NCBI GenBank assembly: GCA_045627845.1
Contig: JAZQOL010000002.1
Coordinates: 97,596 to 161,595, forward strand
Reading direction: 5' to 3'
DNA: 64,000 nucleotides
Origin: Lachnospiraceae bacterium
Lineage (GTDB): Bacteria > Bacillota > Clostridia > Lachnospirales > Lachnospiraceae
In this document: positions 51,024 through 59,975 of the stretch, piece by piece
Layout of the letters: every line of letters begins with the position of its first letter
Position numbering within the stretch: position 1 is the stretch's first letter
Notes under the pieces: generated by a model
Seen by the model: only the letters and a program-made list of their open reading frames with translations
The model's database searches: none
Told to the model about the DNA's origin: nothing
Program-made: the position numbers and the translations under genes

Positions 51024-51371
51024 ATGAATATATTGGATAACTGTTTTGTCGGTCCGGGAATAAAAAATCCTGATAAATTAATAAAAAAGATTCATCGCCA
51101 TATAAAGTTTCATTCTTTTTTTGTTGTTGTATTTGAAAATGACAAAAATCGTTTGGAAATTATTTCTTCCAAAATGTTTTCCAAACATTATTTTAAAAAA
51201 CAAAAATATGAAATTGCAGCAATCGTTAAAGAAGAAAATGAAGCTTTTGAATATTTAAGGTGCTTGGTTGATTTGGCTTACAAAAAGTACGACAGTTTTG
51301 ATCAAAAATATTGTGTTAATAATATTAAATGTTCTGAAATCGATACCTTATTTTTCTCGGAGAATAATTAA
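51024..51371 (+). CDS. Hypothetical protein
   Basis: 115-aa ORF translationally coupled (TAATG) to the next gene. Confidence 0.7.
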   Translation: MNILDNCFVGPGIKNPDKLIKKIHRHIKFHSFFVVVFENDKNRLEIISSKMFSKHYFKKQKYEIAAIVKEENEAFEYLRCLVDLAYKKYDSFDQKYCVNNIKCSEIDTLFFSENN

Positions 51372-52288
51372 TGGCTGTATTTCTTAAGATATTGACTATA
51401 ATTGGTATTTCTTTTGCCGGAATTTTAGGGACTATTCTTTTATTGATTTTTCTTGTTCTTTTTGTTCCGATTCGTTATTCTGCAAAAGGTTATTATCAGA
51501 AAGACATATATAATTTAAATATATCTGTTTCATGGTTATTACATATTGTATCTGCTAAATATCTTTTAAAAACAAAAAGACTTAATATTAGGATATTTGG
51601 ATTTCGTGTAAAATCCGAAGAAGAGAAGCAAGCTAAACTTGCTAAAAAAGAACGTAATATTAAGAAGAATAAAGAAAATAATAATAACGAATCTAATGTT
51701 AATAATCTTTCAACTCAGGATTTATTATTTAATGATTCGGATGTAATGAATATGCCGGATTGTATTGAATCGGTTGATAAGACAAAATCAAATATTGATT
51801 TTGATAAATTAAACAATATTAAAGAGCAAAATGATATTGAATGTCAAAACGAAATTAAAACTGATGGTCAATCAGATAATGCGGATAATACAATAAAGAA
51901 AAAACAATCGAATAAATATACTTTTTATGATAAAATGAAAAAGTATATTGATATAATTGAAACAAAAGAATTTAAATCAGCGATTGATAAATCGAAAAAA
52001 TCTTTAAAAAAATTATACAAAATCATAGTTCCTAAAAAAATGAAAATTGAGGCTGAACTTGGTTTTGAAGATCCGTCATTAACCGGTAAGATATTGTCTT
52101 ATTATGGGCTTTTATATCCTTTTATTGGCAAAAATATTATCATAAAAGGAAATTTTTTACAAAATATTGTTGAAGTAAAAGGTAGTCTAAAAGGGCATAT
52201 ACCTTTATTCAATATTTTAATAGTTGCAATTTCGTTATATTTTAATAAAGATATTAAGAAAACAATTAAGATGTTTAAGGAGGTCTGA
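51371..52288 (+). CDS. DUF2953-domain membrane protein
   Basis: N-terminal TM ending LFVPIRY, low-complexity N/D/K linker, C-terminal ELGFEDPSLTG.IL..YG.LYP. Confidence 0.78.
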   Translation: MAVFLKILTIIGISFAGILGTILLLIFLVLFVPIRYSAKGYYQKDIYNLNISVSWLLHIVSAKYLLKTKRLNIRIFGFRVKSEEEKQAKLAKKERNIKKNKENNNNESNVNNLSTQDLLFNDSDVMNMPDCIESVDKTKSNIDFDKLNNIKEQNDIECQNEIKTDGQSDNADNTIKKKQSNKYTFYDKMKKYIDIIETKEFKSAIDKSKKSLKKLYKIIVPKKMKIEAELGFEDPSLTGKILSYYGLLYPFIGKNIIIKGNFLQNIVEVKGSLKGHIPLFNILIVAISLYFNKDIKKTIKMFKEV

Positions 52289-52290
52289 AT

Positions 52291-52689
52291 ATGGCTGATA
52301 AGAACAGCAGTTCAATTATTGATTCATTATTAAAGGGAATGGATTCAATTATAACTGCCAAAACAGTTGTTGGAGAACCGACAAAAATTGATGATACTAT
52401 AATTTTGCCTCTTGTTGATATTTCCTTCGGAATGGGAGCCGGTGCTTCGGAAAATCCTCAAAAGGGTGGTGGAGCAGGTGGTGTATCCGGTAAAATATCT
52501 CCAAGCGCAGTTCTTGTGATCAAAGATGGATGTACTCGTCTCGTAAATGTTAAAAACCAGGACACCGTTACCAAGATTCTTGATATGGTACCTGATGTTG
52601 TAGATAAAATTACTTCAATGATAGGCGGTAAAGACAAAACACCAACCGACAATGAAGTGATAGAAACTGCTTTTCCGGATAAAGAATAA
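52291..52689 (+). CDS. GerW/YtfJ-family sporulation protein
   Basis: KTVVGEP, IILPLVDISFGMGAG, GGGAGGVSGKISP.AVLVI. Confidence 0.85.
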   Translation: MADKNSSSIIDSLLKGMDSIITAKTVVGEPTKIDDTIILPLVDISFGMGAGASENPQKGGGAGGVSGKISPSAVLVIKDGCTRLVNVKNQDTVTKILDMVPDVVDKITSMIGGKDKTPTDNEVIETAFPDKE

Positions 52690-52729
52690 TATATAAATAT
52701 GGTAAAGGGTTATTTTTTCGGGGGTTGTT

Positions 52730-53296
52730 GTGATTAAAGTTGATAATAAGGAACAGTCTTTTGAAGAAGTTCTTTTGACAGAAGATATAGAAAAATTAAA
52801 TGAATTAAAACGATGGTTATTTGAAGAAAATATCCGCTTGGAAGTTAAACAGAAGGAACTTAACGAACTTCATAATAAGTTTTTAAAAGAACGTGTGCAA
52901 TTTATTGAGGAAATGAAAGAAATTAATCTTCGGAATTTAAACGAAAGAAAACGTTTAAAAGATGAAGAACAGTTTTTCGACAAAAAAATGGAAATACTGA
53001 AAAACGGATTTGCTGATCTTGATTCCGATCGCAAAAAACTTGCACGTGAAAGACTTGCTTTTGAAACCGAGAAAAATGTTAAGTCAAACATAAGGCAGGA
53101 GGAAGCTTATAAAAATCTTGCAGGCTCTTTGTTTGCCGGAGTCAATAATCCCTTAGCTTTAAAGAAGCGTTACCGAGATTTGCTTAAAATCTTTCATCCT
53201 GATAATTTATGTGGCGATAATGATATGGTCACTATGATTAATAAAGAATATGACAGATTAAAAGGTGAATTGGATTTTTATAAAACTGCTAAATGA
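52730..53296 (+). CDS. Coiled-coil protein with C-terminal J-domain-like segment
   Basis: Long coiled coil, then LKKRYRDLLKIFHPDN...MVTMINKEYDRL (HPD motif). Confidence 0.78.
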   Translation: MIKVDNKEQSFEEVLLTEDIEKLNELKRWLFEENIRLEVKQKELNELHNKFLKERVQFIEEMKEINLRNLNERKRLKDEEQFFDKKMEILKNGFADLDSDRKKLARERLAFETEKNVKSNIRQEEAYKNLAGSLFAGVNNPLALKKRYRDLLKIFHPDNLCGDNDMVTMINKEYDRLKGELDFYKTAK

Positions 53297-53305
53297 TATT
53301 TTTAT

Positions 53306-53333
53306 GGCTCTGCTGTTTAGCGGAGTCTTTTTT
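53306..53333 (+). terminator. Intrinsic terminator
   Basis: GGCTCTGCT-GTTT-AGCGGAGTC followed by a T-run. Confidence 0.75.
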
Positions 53334-53486
53334 GTTTTATATTTAACGCAAATTATATTACAAATCAAAAATATTGTAATAAATGAATTGACATTTATTT
53401 TAAATAATCTGTTGTTTTATTTGTTTTAATACTTTAATATATTACAGTAATGATGTGAGGTTATTTTGATTAAAGAGAGGTTTTTT

Positions 53487-54065
53487 ATGAAGAACGGAAT
53501 CGAAATAAGATGGCATGGCCGAGGTGGGCAGGGTGCAAAATCTGCAGCATTGTTGTTGGCAGATGTTGCATTTAAAACGGGTGCATATGTTCAAGGTTTC
53601 CCAGAGTATGGTCCTGAAAGAATGGGCGCGCCTATTACGGCTTATAATAGAATCAGTAAAAATGAAATCAGAGTACATTCGAATATATACACACCCGATT
53701 TGGTTGTTGTAGTAGATGAAACTTTGCTTCAAACTGTAGACGTAACCAACGGCTTAAAATCGGATGGAGCAATTATTATTAATACTTCAAGAACTGTTGA
53801 TGATATAAAGCCTTTGCTAAATAATTTCGATGGCAAAATATATACTATAGATGCAAGAAAAATATCAATGGAAGCACTCGGCAAATACTTTCCTAACAGT
53901 CCTATGCTTGCTGCAGCCGTTGCTGTAGGACATGTTATGGATAAAGAATTGTTCATAAATGAGATGCGAGCTTCTTATGAACACAAATTTTCAAAAAAAC
54001 CCGAAGTTATAGATGGGAATATGAAAGCATTAACAATGACTTTGGAAGAACTGGGAGAAGTATAA
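53487..54065 (+). CDS. porC: Pyruvate/2-oxoacid:ferredoxin oxidoreductase gamma subunit
   Basis: EIRWHGRGGQGAK, FPEYGPERMGAP, PDLVVVVDETL. Confidence 0.93.
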   Translation: MKNGIEIRWHGRGGQGAKSAALLLADVAFKTGAYVQGFPEYGPERMGAPITAYNRISKNEIRVHSNIYTPDLVVVVDETLLQTVDVTNGLKSDGAIIINTSRTVDDIKPLLNNFDGKIYTIDARKISMEALGKYFPNSPMLAAAVAVGHVMDKELFINEMRASYEHKFSKKPEVIDGNMKALTMTLEELGEV

Positions 54066-54067
54066 TC

Positions 54068-54370
54068 ATGAGAACCGATATATCAAAGATTAACGAGCAT
54101 TCATCATACGACGAGTTAACAGAAGGATTAATGATGTTTGCCTCGGCAACAAGTAAATCATTTAAAACAGGTGAATGGCGTACTTTTACTCCTGTTTTAA
54201 ATACGGAAAAATGTAAGCAATGTTTATTATGCGCACCTGTATGTCCTGATAGTGCAATTCCTGTAGTCGATTCAAAAAGAAGCGATTTTGATTATGATCA
54301 TTGTAAAGGATGTGGTATTTGCGTTAAAGCATGTCCTTTTAATGCAATTGAAATGAGAGAAGGACAATAA
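54068..54370 (+). CDS. porD: Pyruvate:ferredoxin oxidoreductase delta subunit (2x[4Fe-4S])
   Basis: KTGEWR, CKQCLLCAPVCP, CKGCGICVKACP. Confidence 0.93.
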   Translation: MRTDISKINEHSSYDELTEGLMMFASATSKSFKTGEWRTFTPVLNTEKCKQCLLCAPVCPDSAIPVVDSKRSDFDYDHCKGCGICVKACPFNAIEMREGQ

Positions 54371-54387
54371 TAAATAGAAAAGAGAGA

Positions 54388-55584
54388 ATGAAGATGGCAA
54401 AAAAAGATAGAATGTCAGGAAATGAAGCAGTTGCATATGCAATAAAACAAATAAATCCGGATGTTATGCCTGCTTTTCCTATTACACCTTCAACGGAAAT
54501 ACCTCAAATGGTTTCTACTTATATAGCTAATGGTGAGTGCGATACTGAATTTATACCTGTAGAGAGTGAACATTCATCAATGAGTGCAACTATAGGTGCA
54601 GAAGCAGCCGGAGCAAGAAGTCTTACGGCAACTTCATCAGCAGGTCTTGCTTTAATGTGGGAGGAACTTCTTCTTGCTGCATCTAACAGAATGCCTTGTG
54701 TGCTTGCGCTTGTTAATAGAACTTTATCCGGTCCTATAAATATAAACTGCGACCATTCAGACAGCATGGGCGCAAGAGATACTGGATGGATACAAATATA
54801 CGCAGAGAACAATCAGGAAGCATATGATAATTTTATACAGGCATATCCTATAGCAGAAGATAAAAGAGTTCATTTGCCTGTGATGATATGTCAGGATGGC
54901 TTTATCACAAGTCATGCTGTTGAAAATATAGAGTTATTGGAAGATTGTCAGGTTAAAGATTTTGTTGGTGAATATCATCCCGAAGAATTTTTATTAAATC
55001 CCGGAAAACCTATTGCTGTTGGTCCTTACTCTATCAGTAATTATGCTATGGAAGCAAGATACAATCAGGAAATGGCGATGGAAAATTCTAAAGATGTCAT
55101 TATCGAAGTTGCAAAGAAATTTAAGGATATTTCTGGAAGAGGTTTTTCTTTATTCGAGGAATACAGAACTGATGATGCGGATTATATTATGGTTATCATG
55201 GGTTCTGCTGCAGGTACAGCTAAGCAGGCTGTTGATGATCTTCGTGAACAGGGAATGAAAGTTGGTGTTTTGAAATTAAGAGTATTTAGACCTTTCCCTG
55301 CCGAAGAAATTGCTCTTTCTTTATCTAAATGTAAAGTTGCTGCCATAATGGATAGAACAGAAAGTTATAATGGTCACGGCGGTCCTCTAGCAAGCGAAAT
55401 ATTAGCAGGTTTATATAGAGCAAAAAGTAATATTGAAACTGTTGCGTATACATACGGACTTGCCGGACGTGATTTTACCGTTGAAACAGCATACAATATT
55501 TTCAGAGAGCTTGAATCTGTGGATAAAGAAAAACTTGTTGTGAAACAGCATAGATATATTGGATTAAGGACAGGTGACAAATAA
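54388..55584 (+). CDS. porA: Pyruvate:ferredoxin oxidoreductase alpha subunit
   Basis: SGNEAVAYA, FPITPSTE, VESEHSSMS, TATSSAGL, VNRTLSGP, DGFITSH, LRVFRPFP. Confidence 0.93.
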   Translation: MKMAKKDRMSGNEAVAYAIKQINPDVMPAFPITPSTEIPQMVSTYIANGECDTEFIPVESEHSSMSATIGAEAAGARSLTATSSAGLALMWEELLLAASNRMPCVLALVNRTLSGPININCDHSDSMGARDTGWIQIYAENNQEAYDNFIQAYPIAEDKRVHLPVMICQDGFITSHAVENIELLEDCQVKDFVGEYHPEEFLLNPGKPIAVGPYSISNYAMEARYNQEMAMENSKDVIIEVAKKFKDISGRGFSLFEEYRTDDADYIMVIMGSAAGTAKQAVDDLREQGMKVGVLKLRVFRPFPAEEIALSLSKCKVAAIMDRTESYNGHGGPLASEILAGLYRAKSNIETVAYTYGLAGRDFTVETAYNIFRELESVDKEKLVVKQHRYIGLRTGDK

Positions 55585-56526
55585 ATGGCCGGATATAATT
55601 TAAAAGAAATAATGAATAAGCCCGAACGTCTTGCACCCGGACATAGAATGTGTGCAGGATGTGGTGCAACAATAGGTGTACGAGCTGTATTACGTGGTCT
55701 TCATGAAGGTGATTATGCAGTTATAGGTAATGCAACCGGTTGCCTTGAAGTATCAACTTATATGTATCCTTATACAGCTTGGGAGGATAGTTATATCCAT
55801 AATGCATTTGAAAATGCCGGAGCCACATTAAGTGGTGTTGAAACTGCATATAAAGCGCTAAAAAAACGTGGTCGATTACCCCAAAATGCAAACTTCAAAT
55901 TTATTACTTTTGGAGGTGACGGTGGAACTTATGATATTGGATTTCAATCTTTATCGGGTGCTATGGAACGTGGACATGACATGGTTTATGTATGTTACGA
56001 TAATGGAGCCTACATGAACACCGGTATTCAACGTTCATCTGCTACACCTATGTATGCAGATACAACAACAACTCCGGTAGGAACCAATTCGAATGGTAAA
56101 ATGCAAAATCGTAAAGACCTTGCAAGTATAATTGCCGATCATGATGTTCCTTATGTTGCACAGACAACATTTACAAAAGATTTTAAAGATATTCATTTAA
56201 AATCTGAAAAAGCTATATATACTGAAGGTGCAAGTTTTCTTAACATCATGACTCCTTGTCCGAGAGGCTGGAGATATGATGCTGCGGATATAATGAATAT
56301 TTGTAAGTTGGCTGTCGAGACTTGTTATTGGCCTTTATTTGAAGTTGATCACGGTAAGTGGACATTAAATTATGAACCCAAAAACAAATTACCTATTGAA
56401 GAATTTTTGAAAGTTCAAGGACGGTTTAAACATCTATTCAAACCCGGAAACGAAAACTTAATCGAACAATTTCAGGCAGAAGTTGACCGAAGATGGGAAG
56501 ATTTAAAATACAAATGTGCAAGATAA
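55585..56526 (+). CDS. porB: Pyruvate:ferredoxin oxidoreductase beta subunit
   Basis: PGHRMCAGCG, ATGCLEV, FENAGA, GGDGGTYDIG, DNGAYMNTG.QRS, PCPRGW. Confidence 0.94.
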   Translation: MAGYNLKEIMNKPERLAPGHRMCAGCGATIGVRAVLRGLHEGDYAVIGNATGCLEVSTYMYPYTAWEDSYIHNAFENAGATLSGVETAYKALKKRGRLPQNANFKFITFGGDGGTYDIGFQSLSGAMERGHDMVYVCYDNGAYMNTGIQRSSATPMYADTTTTPVGTNSNGKMQNRKDLASIIADHDVPYVAQTTFTKDFKDIHLKSEKAIYTEGASFLNIMTPCPRGWRYDAADIMNICKLAVETCYWPLFEVDHGKWTLNYEPKNKLPIEEFLKVQGRFKHLFKPGNENLIEQFQAEVDRRWEDLKYKCAR

Positions 56527-56553
56527 CTCTAAATTAATTTTAAGGGAGCGAAC

Positions 56554-57450
56554 ATGTCTGATAAAATTTTTTCTAACAAACACATTATTTCCTGGCTTCA
56601 GTATTTTAGCGATAATACAGAAGTTGATTTAGAACATGTTAAACTTTTGGATATAACAAGAAAAAACAAAAATATTATTCCTACAGTTGAATCTCATCGA
56701 TGCGTTCTTGTTTTTACAGAAGCAGGACATCCTGATATTTTTTACAGAATGTATAATGCAGGACTTGGCGATTGTAAGGTAATTTACAATGAGGGTAGTG
56801 AACCTGCAGGAGAAATCAAAGAAAGCTTTGTTTCTGAAATGATTGACAGGGGTATTAATGCTTCTGCCGGAATGCTAATATTAAATCCTTCTGCACGAAC
56901 AACTGTCAGGTTTGGAATGGATAACAGTGTTTTCTCGCCCGGATCGGTTAAATATGTAGGAAGTGAGATTCGTGCAATTATTCTTTCTAAAATGCAAATT
57001 GAAGAAGGGAAAAATATATGTGTAATCAGCGGTGAATCAATTGTAGTTGAATCGGCTATATTAAATGGCGAAGGAACAATAATTGCCGTTGAATATAATA
57101 ATCGAGACAGAGAAGCTTTGGAAGATAATGTTGAACAGTTTGGCCTTCATAACGTAGTAATAATTGATCATGTAGATGATTCAACTATGAAAAATCTACC
57201 CATCCCTGATGTTACCATGCTTGTTGCGTCGGCAAGTATGGAACAGGAGATGAGATATATGTTATCTGTTAATCCTAATATGGAGTTTGTTATATATACT
57301 CTCGATTTTGTTACGGCAGCATCAATACCTGCTTTATTTTCTACATTAGGATTGTCTGATCCCGAGATTATACAGATTTCGGTTTCAAAGCTTAATGCAA
57401 GACATACTTATGATAATCAGCCGGCACCTTGGATAATAACCGGAAGATAA
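56554..57450 (+). CDS. Degenerate CbiE/CbiT (precorrin-6B methyltransferase)-like protein
   Basis: EIRAIILSKM, GTIIAVEY, NVEQFG and N-terminal AGLGDCKVIY resemble CbiET; no GxGxG SAM loop. Confidence 0.6.
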   Translation: MSDKIFSNKHIISWLQYFSDNTEVDLEHVKLLDITRKNKNIIPTVESHRCVLVFTEAGHPDIFYRMYNAGLGDCKVIYNEGSEPAGEIKESFVSEMIDRGINASAGMLILNPSARTTVRFGMDNSVFSPGSVKYVGSEIRAIILSKMQIEEGKNICVISGESIVVESAILNGEGTIIAVEYNNRDREALEDNVEQFGLHNVVIIDHVDDSTMKNLPIPDVTMLVASASMEQEMRYMLSVNPNMEFVIYTLDFVTAASIPALFSTLGLSDPEIIQISVSKLNARHTYDNQPAPWIITGR

Positions 57451-57467
57451 AATATATATATAAAAAC

Positions 57468-57499
57468 AAAAAGGAGAACCTTTCGGTTCTCCTTTAAAA
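57468..57499. terminator. Bidirectional terminator before rpmB
   Basis: AAAGGAGAACC-TTTC-GGTTCTCCTTT. Confidence 0.88.
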
Positions 57500-57515
57500 T
57501 AGATATCAATTTGAA

Positions 57516-57701
57516 TTAAGCTCTTTCAACTTTACCGGATCTTAAGCATCTGGTACAAACATGAAGCTTCTTTGTTGTTCCGTTAACCTTGCATGTAACA
57601 GACTGGATGTTCGAGCCCCACATTCTGCTGGATTTTCTATTAGAATGGCTTACGTTATTTCCAAAATGAATACCTTTTTCACAAACTGCACACTTTGCCA
57701 T
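57516..57701 (-). CDS. rpmB: 50S ribosomal protein L28 (zinc-binding, two CxxC)
   Basis: MAKCAVCEKG..FGNNVSHS...VCTRCLRSGKV; SD AAGGAGG. Confidence 0.97.
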   Translation of the reverse strand: MAKCAVCEKGIHFGNNVSHSNRKSSRMWGSNIQSVTCKVNGTTKKLHVCTRCLRSGKVERA

Positions 57702-57751
57702 CTTAGCACCTCCTTAACGCGTTGATTCTTTGCGAAACTCGCAACATACAG

Positions 57752-57780
57752 ATAATATCAGATATATAAATAAAATGCAA
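57752..57780 (-). promoter_or_regulatory. SigA promoter for rpmB
   Basis: Minus strand TTGCAT, 17 bp spacer, TG-extended TATTAT. Confidence 0.7.
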
Positions 57781-57893
57781 GCATAAAATTCAATTCTTCT
57801 TTGTTATTAAAAAATTAGTTTATTTTTTTAACTAAAGAGGTTATAATACATACGATATGCACTTTAATACATTCGTTTATACGGAGGTGTTTT

Positions 57894-58262
57894 ATGAAAA
57901 GTTCATCCATGGATACTCATCTTGGTAATGTTATTATTGATACCGGGGTTATTATGCAGTATGCCGGAAGTGTTGCCGTTGAATGCTTTGGCATAGTTGG
58001 CATGGCAAATGTTAATGTTAAAGACGGATTGGTTAAATTATTAAAAATTAATTCTGCTGATATTTGCAGAGGAATTCAGGTTTCTTTTAGTGACACAGGT
58101 AAATTGATTTTAAGTTTTCATATAATTGTTTCGTATGGAGTAAGCATTCAAGCCGTAGTTGATAATCTTATCAACAATGTTAAATATAAAGTTGAAGAAT
58201 TTACCGGTCTTGAAATTAGTAAGATTAATGTTTTTGTAGAAGACGTTAAAGCAATTGACTAG
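57894..58262 (+). CDS. Asp23/Gls24-family protein (YloU-like)
   Basis: AVECFGIVGMA, IIVSYGVSI, VKYKVEEFTGL...INVFVE; rpmB-yloU-fakA synteny. Confidence 0.9.
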   Translation: MKSSSMDTHLGNVIIDTGVIMQYAGSVAVECFGIVGMANVNVKDGLVKLLKINSADICRGIQVSFSDTGKLILSFHIIVSYGVSIQAVVDNLINNVKYKVEEFTGLEISKINVFVEDVKAID

Positions 58263-58275
58263 GAGGATGTTTAGT

Positions 58276-59925
58276 TTGGCTGCAAATAATATAAATGCTA
58301 ACGTTTTGGCCAAGATGTTTTTGGCGGGTGCTAAGAACCTTGAAGCAAAGAAAGAATGGATTAATGAGCTTAATGTATTTCCGGTTCCCGACGGTGATAC
58401 AGGAACAAACATGACAATGACAATTATGTCCGCTGCTAAAGATGTTTCGGCACTTCAGACGACAAATGACATAACTATGGAAAGTTTATGCAAAGCCATT
58501 TCTTCGGGTTCATTAAAAGGTGCCAGAGGAAACTCGGGAGTAATTTTATCACAGCTTCTCAGAGGTTTTACAAAGATTGTAAAAGAAGCTGAAGAAATTG
58601 ATATACCTTTGCTTGCAGATGCTTTCGAAAAAGCTGTTGAAACAGCTTATAAAGCTGTTATGAAGCCTAAAGAAGGAACAATTCTTACTGTAGCAAAGGG
58701 AGTGAGCGATAAGGGGCGCGAACTTGCAACAGCAGGCGAAACAGATCTCGAGAGATTTTTAGATGAAGTTATTAAATATGCTGAGTATGTTTTAAGTCAA
58801 ACGCCGGAGATGCTTCCGGTCTTAAAACAGGCCGGTGTAGTAGACTCCGGTGGACAGGGCTTGGTAGAAGTACTTCATGGTGCTTTTGATGCTTTCCTCG
58901 GAAAGGTAACCGATTTTTCTTCAATCAAAGCAGAACCTAGTACTTCTGTTTCAAAAAGAGACGAAATTGAAACTGACAATATAAAGTTTGGATATTGTAC
59001 AGAATTTATTATTATGCTTGATAAGGTATTTAATATTAAGCATGAATTAGATTTTAAATCTTATCTTGAATCAATCGGCGATTCGATTGTACTTGTTGCA
59101 GATGATGAGATTGTTAAAGTACATGTACATACAAACGATCCCGGACTTGCGATTCAGAAAGCATTAAAATATGGCGCATTATCAAATATGAAGATTGATA
59201 ATATGCGCCTTGAACACGAAGAACGTATTTTCAAACAGGAAGAAAAGTCTGCTGAACCTGCAAAAGATTATGGATTTATTTCGGTTTCTGCGGGTGATGG
59301 ATTATCTGAAATATTTAAAGGTTTAGGCGTTGATTATGTTATTGAGGGCGGTCAGACAATGAATCCAAGCACAGAAGATTTTGTTGACGCAGTAAAGAAA
59401 ATCAATGCAAATACTATTTTTGTATTACCTAATAACAAGAACATTATAATGGCTGCAAATCAGGCACAATATCTTGTCGAAGACAAGAAGGTAATAGTTA
59501 TTCCCACAAAGACAATTCCTCAGGGAATTTCTGCTATGATTAATTTCATGCCTGATAGTGATGCTCAGACGAATGAAGAAAATATGTCTTCAGAAATTCT
59601 CAATGTTAAGACAGGTCAGGTAACATATGCTGTCAGAGATACACAAATTGATGATAAAGAAATTAAAGAAGGCGATTTTATGGGAATAGGTGACAAAGGC
59701 CTTCTTTCCGTAAATGCAGATTTAAACAAGGCTACTTATTTAATGATAGATGAAATGGCCAAGGATAATGATGTTGAGTTGTTCAGTATCTATTATGGTG
59801 CTGAGGTTACTGAAGAATCAGCTCAGATTATTTCTGATTATATAAATGAGAAATATCCTAAGTGTGATGTTGAAATAAATCCCGGTGGACAACCAATTTA
59901 TTATTACATTATTTCAGCCGAATAA
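58276..59925 (+). CDS. fakA: DAK2-domain fatty acid kinase FakA (YloV)
   Basis: INELNVFPVPDGDTGTNM, GARGNSGVILSQ, EGTILTV, VDSGG, YCTEF, HVHTNDPG, GGQTMNPS, GGQPIYYY. TTG 58276 best fits SD AGGAGG. Confidence 0.93.
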   Translation: MAANNINANVLAKMFLAGAKNLEAKKEWINELNVFPVPDGDTGTNMTMTIMSAAKDVSALQTTNDITMESLCKAISSGSLKGARGNSGVILSQLLRGFTKIVKEAEEIDIPLLADAFEKAVETAYKAVMKPKEGTILTVAKGVSDKGRELATAGETDLERFLDEVIKYAEYVLSQTPEMLPVLKQAGVVDSGGQGLVEVLHGAFDAFLGKVTDFSSIKAEPSTSVSKRDEIETDNIKFGYCTEFIIMLDKVFNIKHELDFKSYLESIGDSIVLVADDEIVKVHVHTNDPGLAIQKALKYGALSNMKIDNMRLEHEERIFKQEEKSAEPAKDYGFISVSAGDGLSEIFKGLGVDYVIEGGQTMNPSTEDFVDAVKKINANTIFVLPNNKNIIMAANQAQYLVEDKKVIVIPTKTIPQGISAMINFMPDSDAQTNEENMSSEILNVKTGQVTYAVRDTQIDDKEIKEGDFMGIGDKGLLSVNADLNKATYLMIDEMAKDNDVELFSIYYGAEVTEESAQIISDYINEKYPKCDVEINPGGQPIYYYIISAE

Positions 59926-59930
59926 TTTTG

Positions 59931-59959
59931 TACCCGACAGTTTTTCTGTCGGGTATTTT
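59931..59959 (+). terminator. Intrinsic terminator between fakA and recG
   Basis: TACCCGACAG-TTTTT-CTGTCGGGTA followed by TTTT. Confidence 0.85.
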
Positions 59960-59975
59960 ATTTTATAATAAAACT

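Noticed and set aside
51590-51950. N/D/K-rich low-complexity stretch in the DUF2953 gene as a repeat or insertion element
   Set aside because: In frame, with no discrete repeat unit or terminal repeats; best read as a disordered linker.
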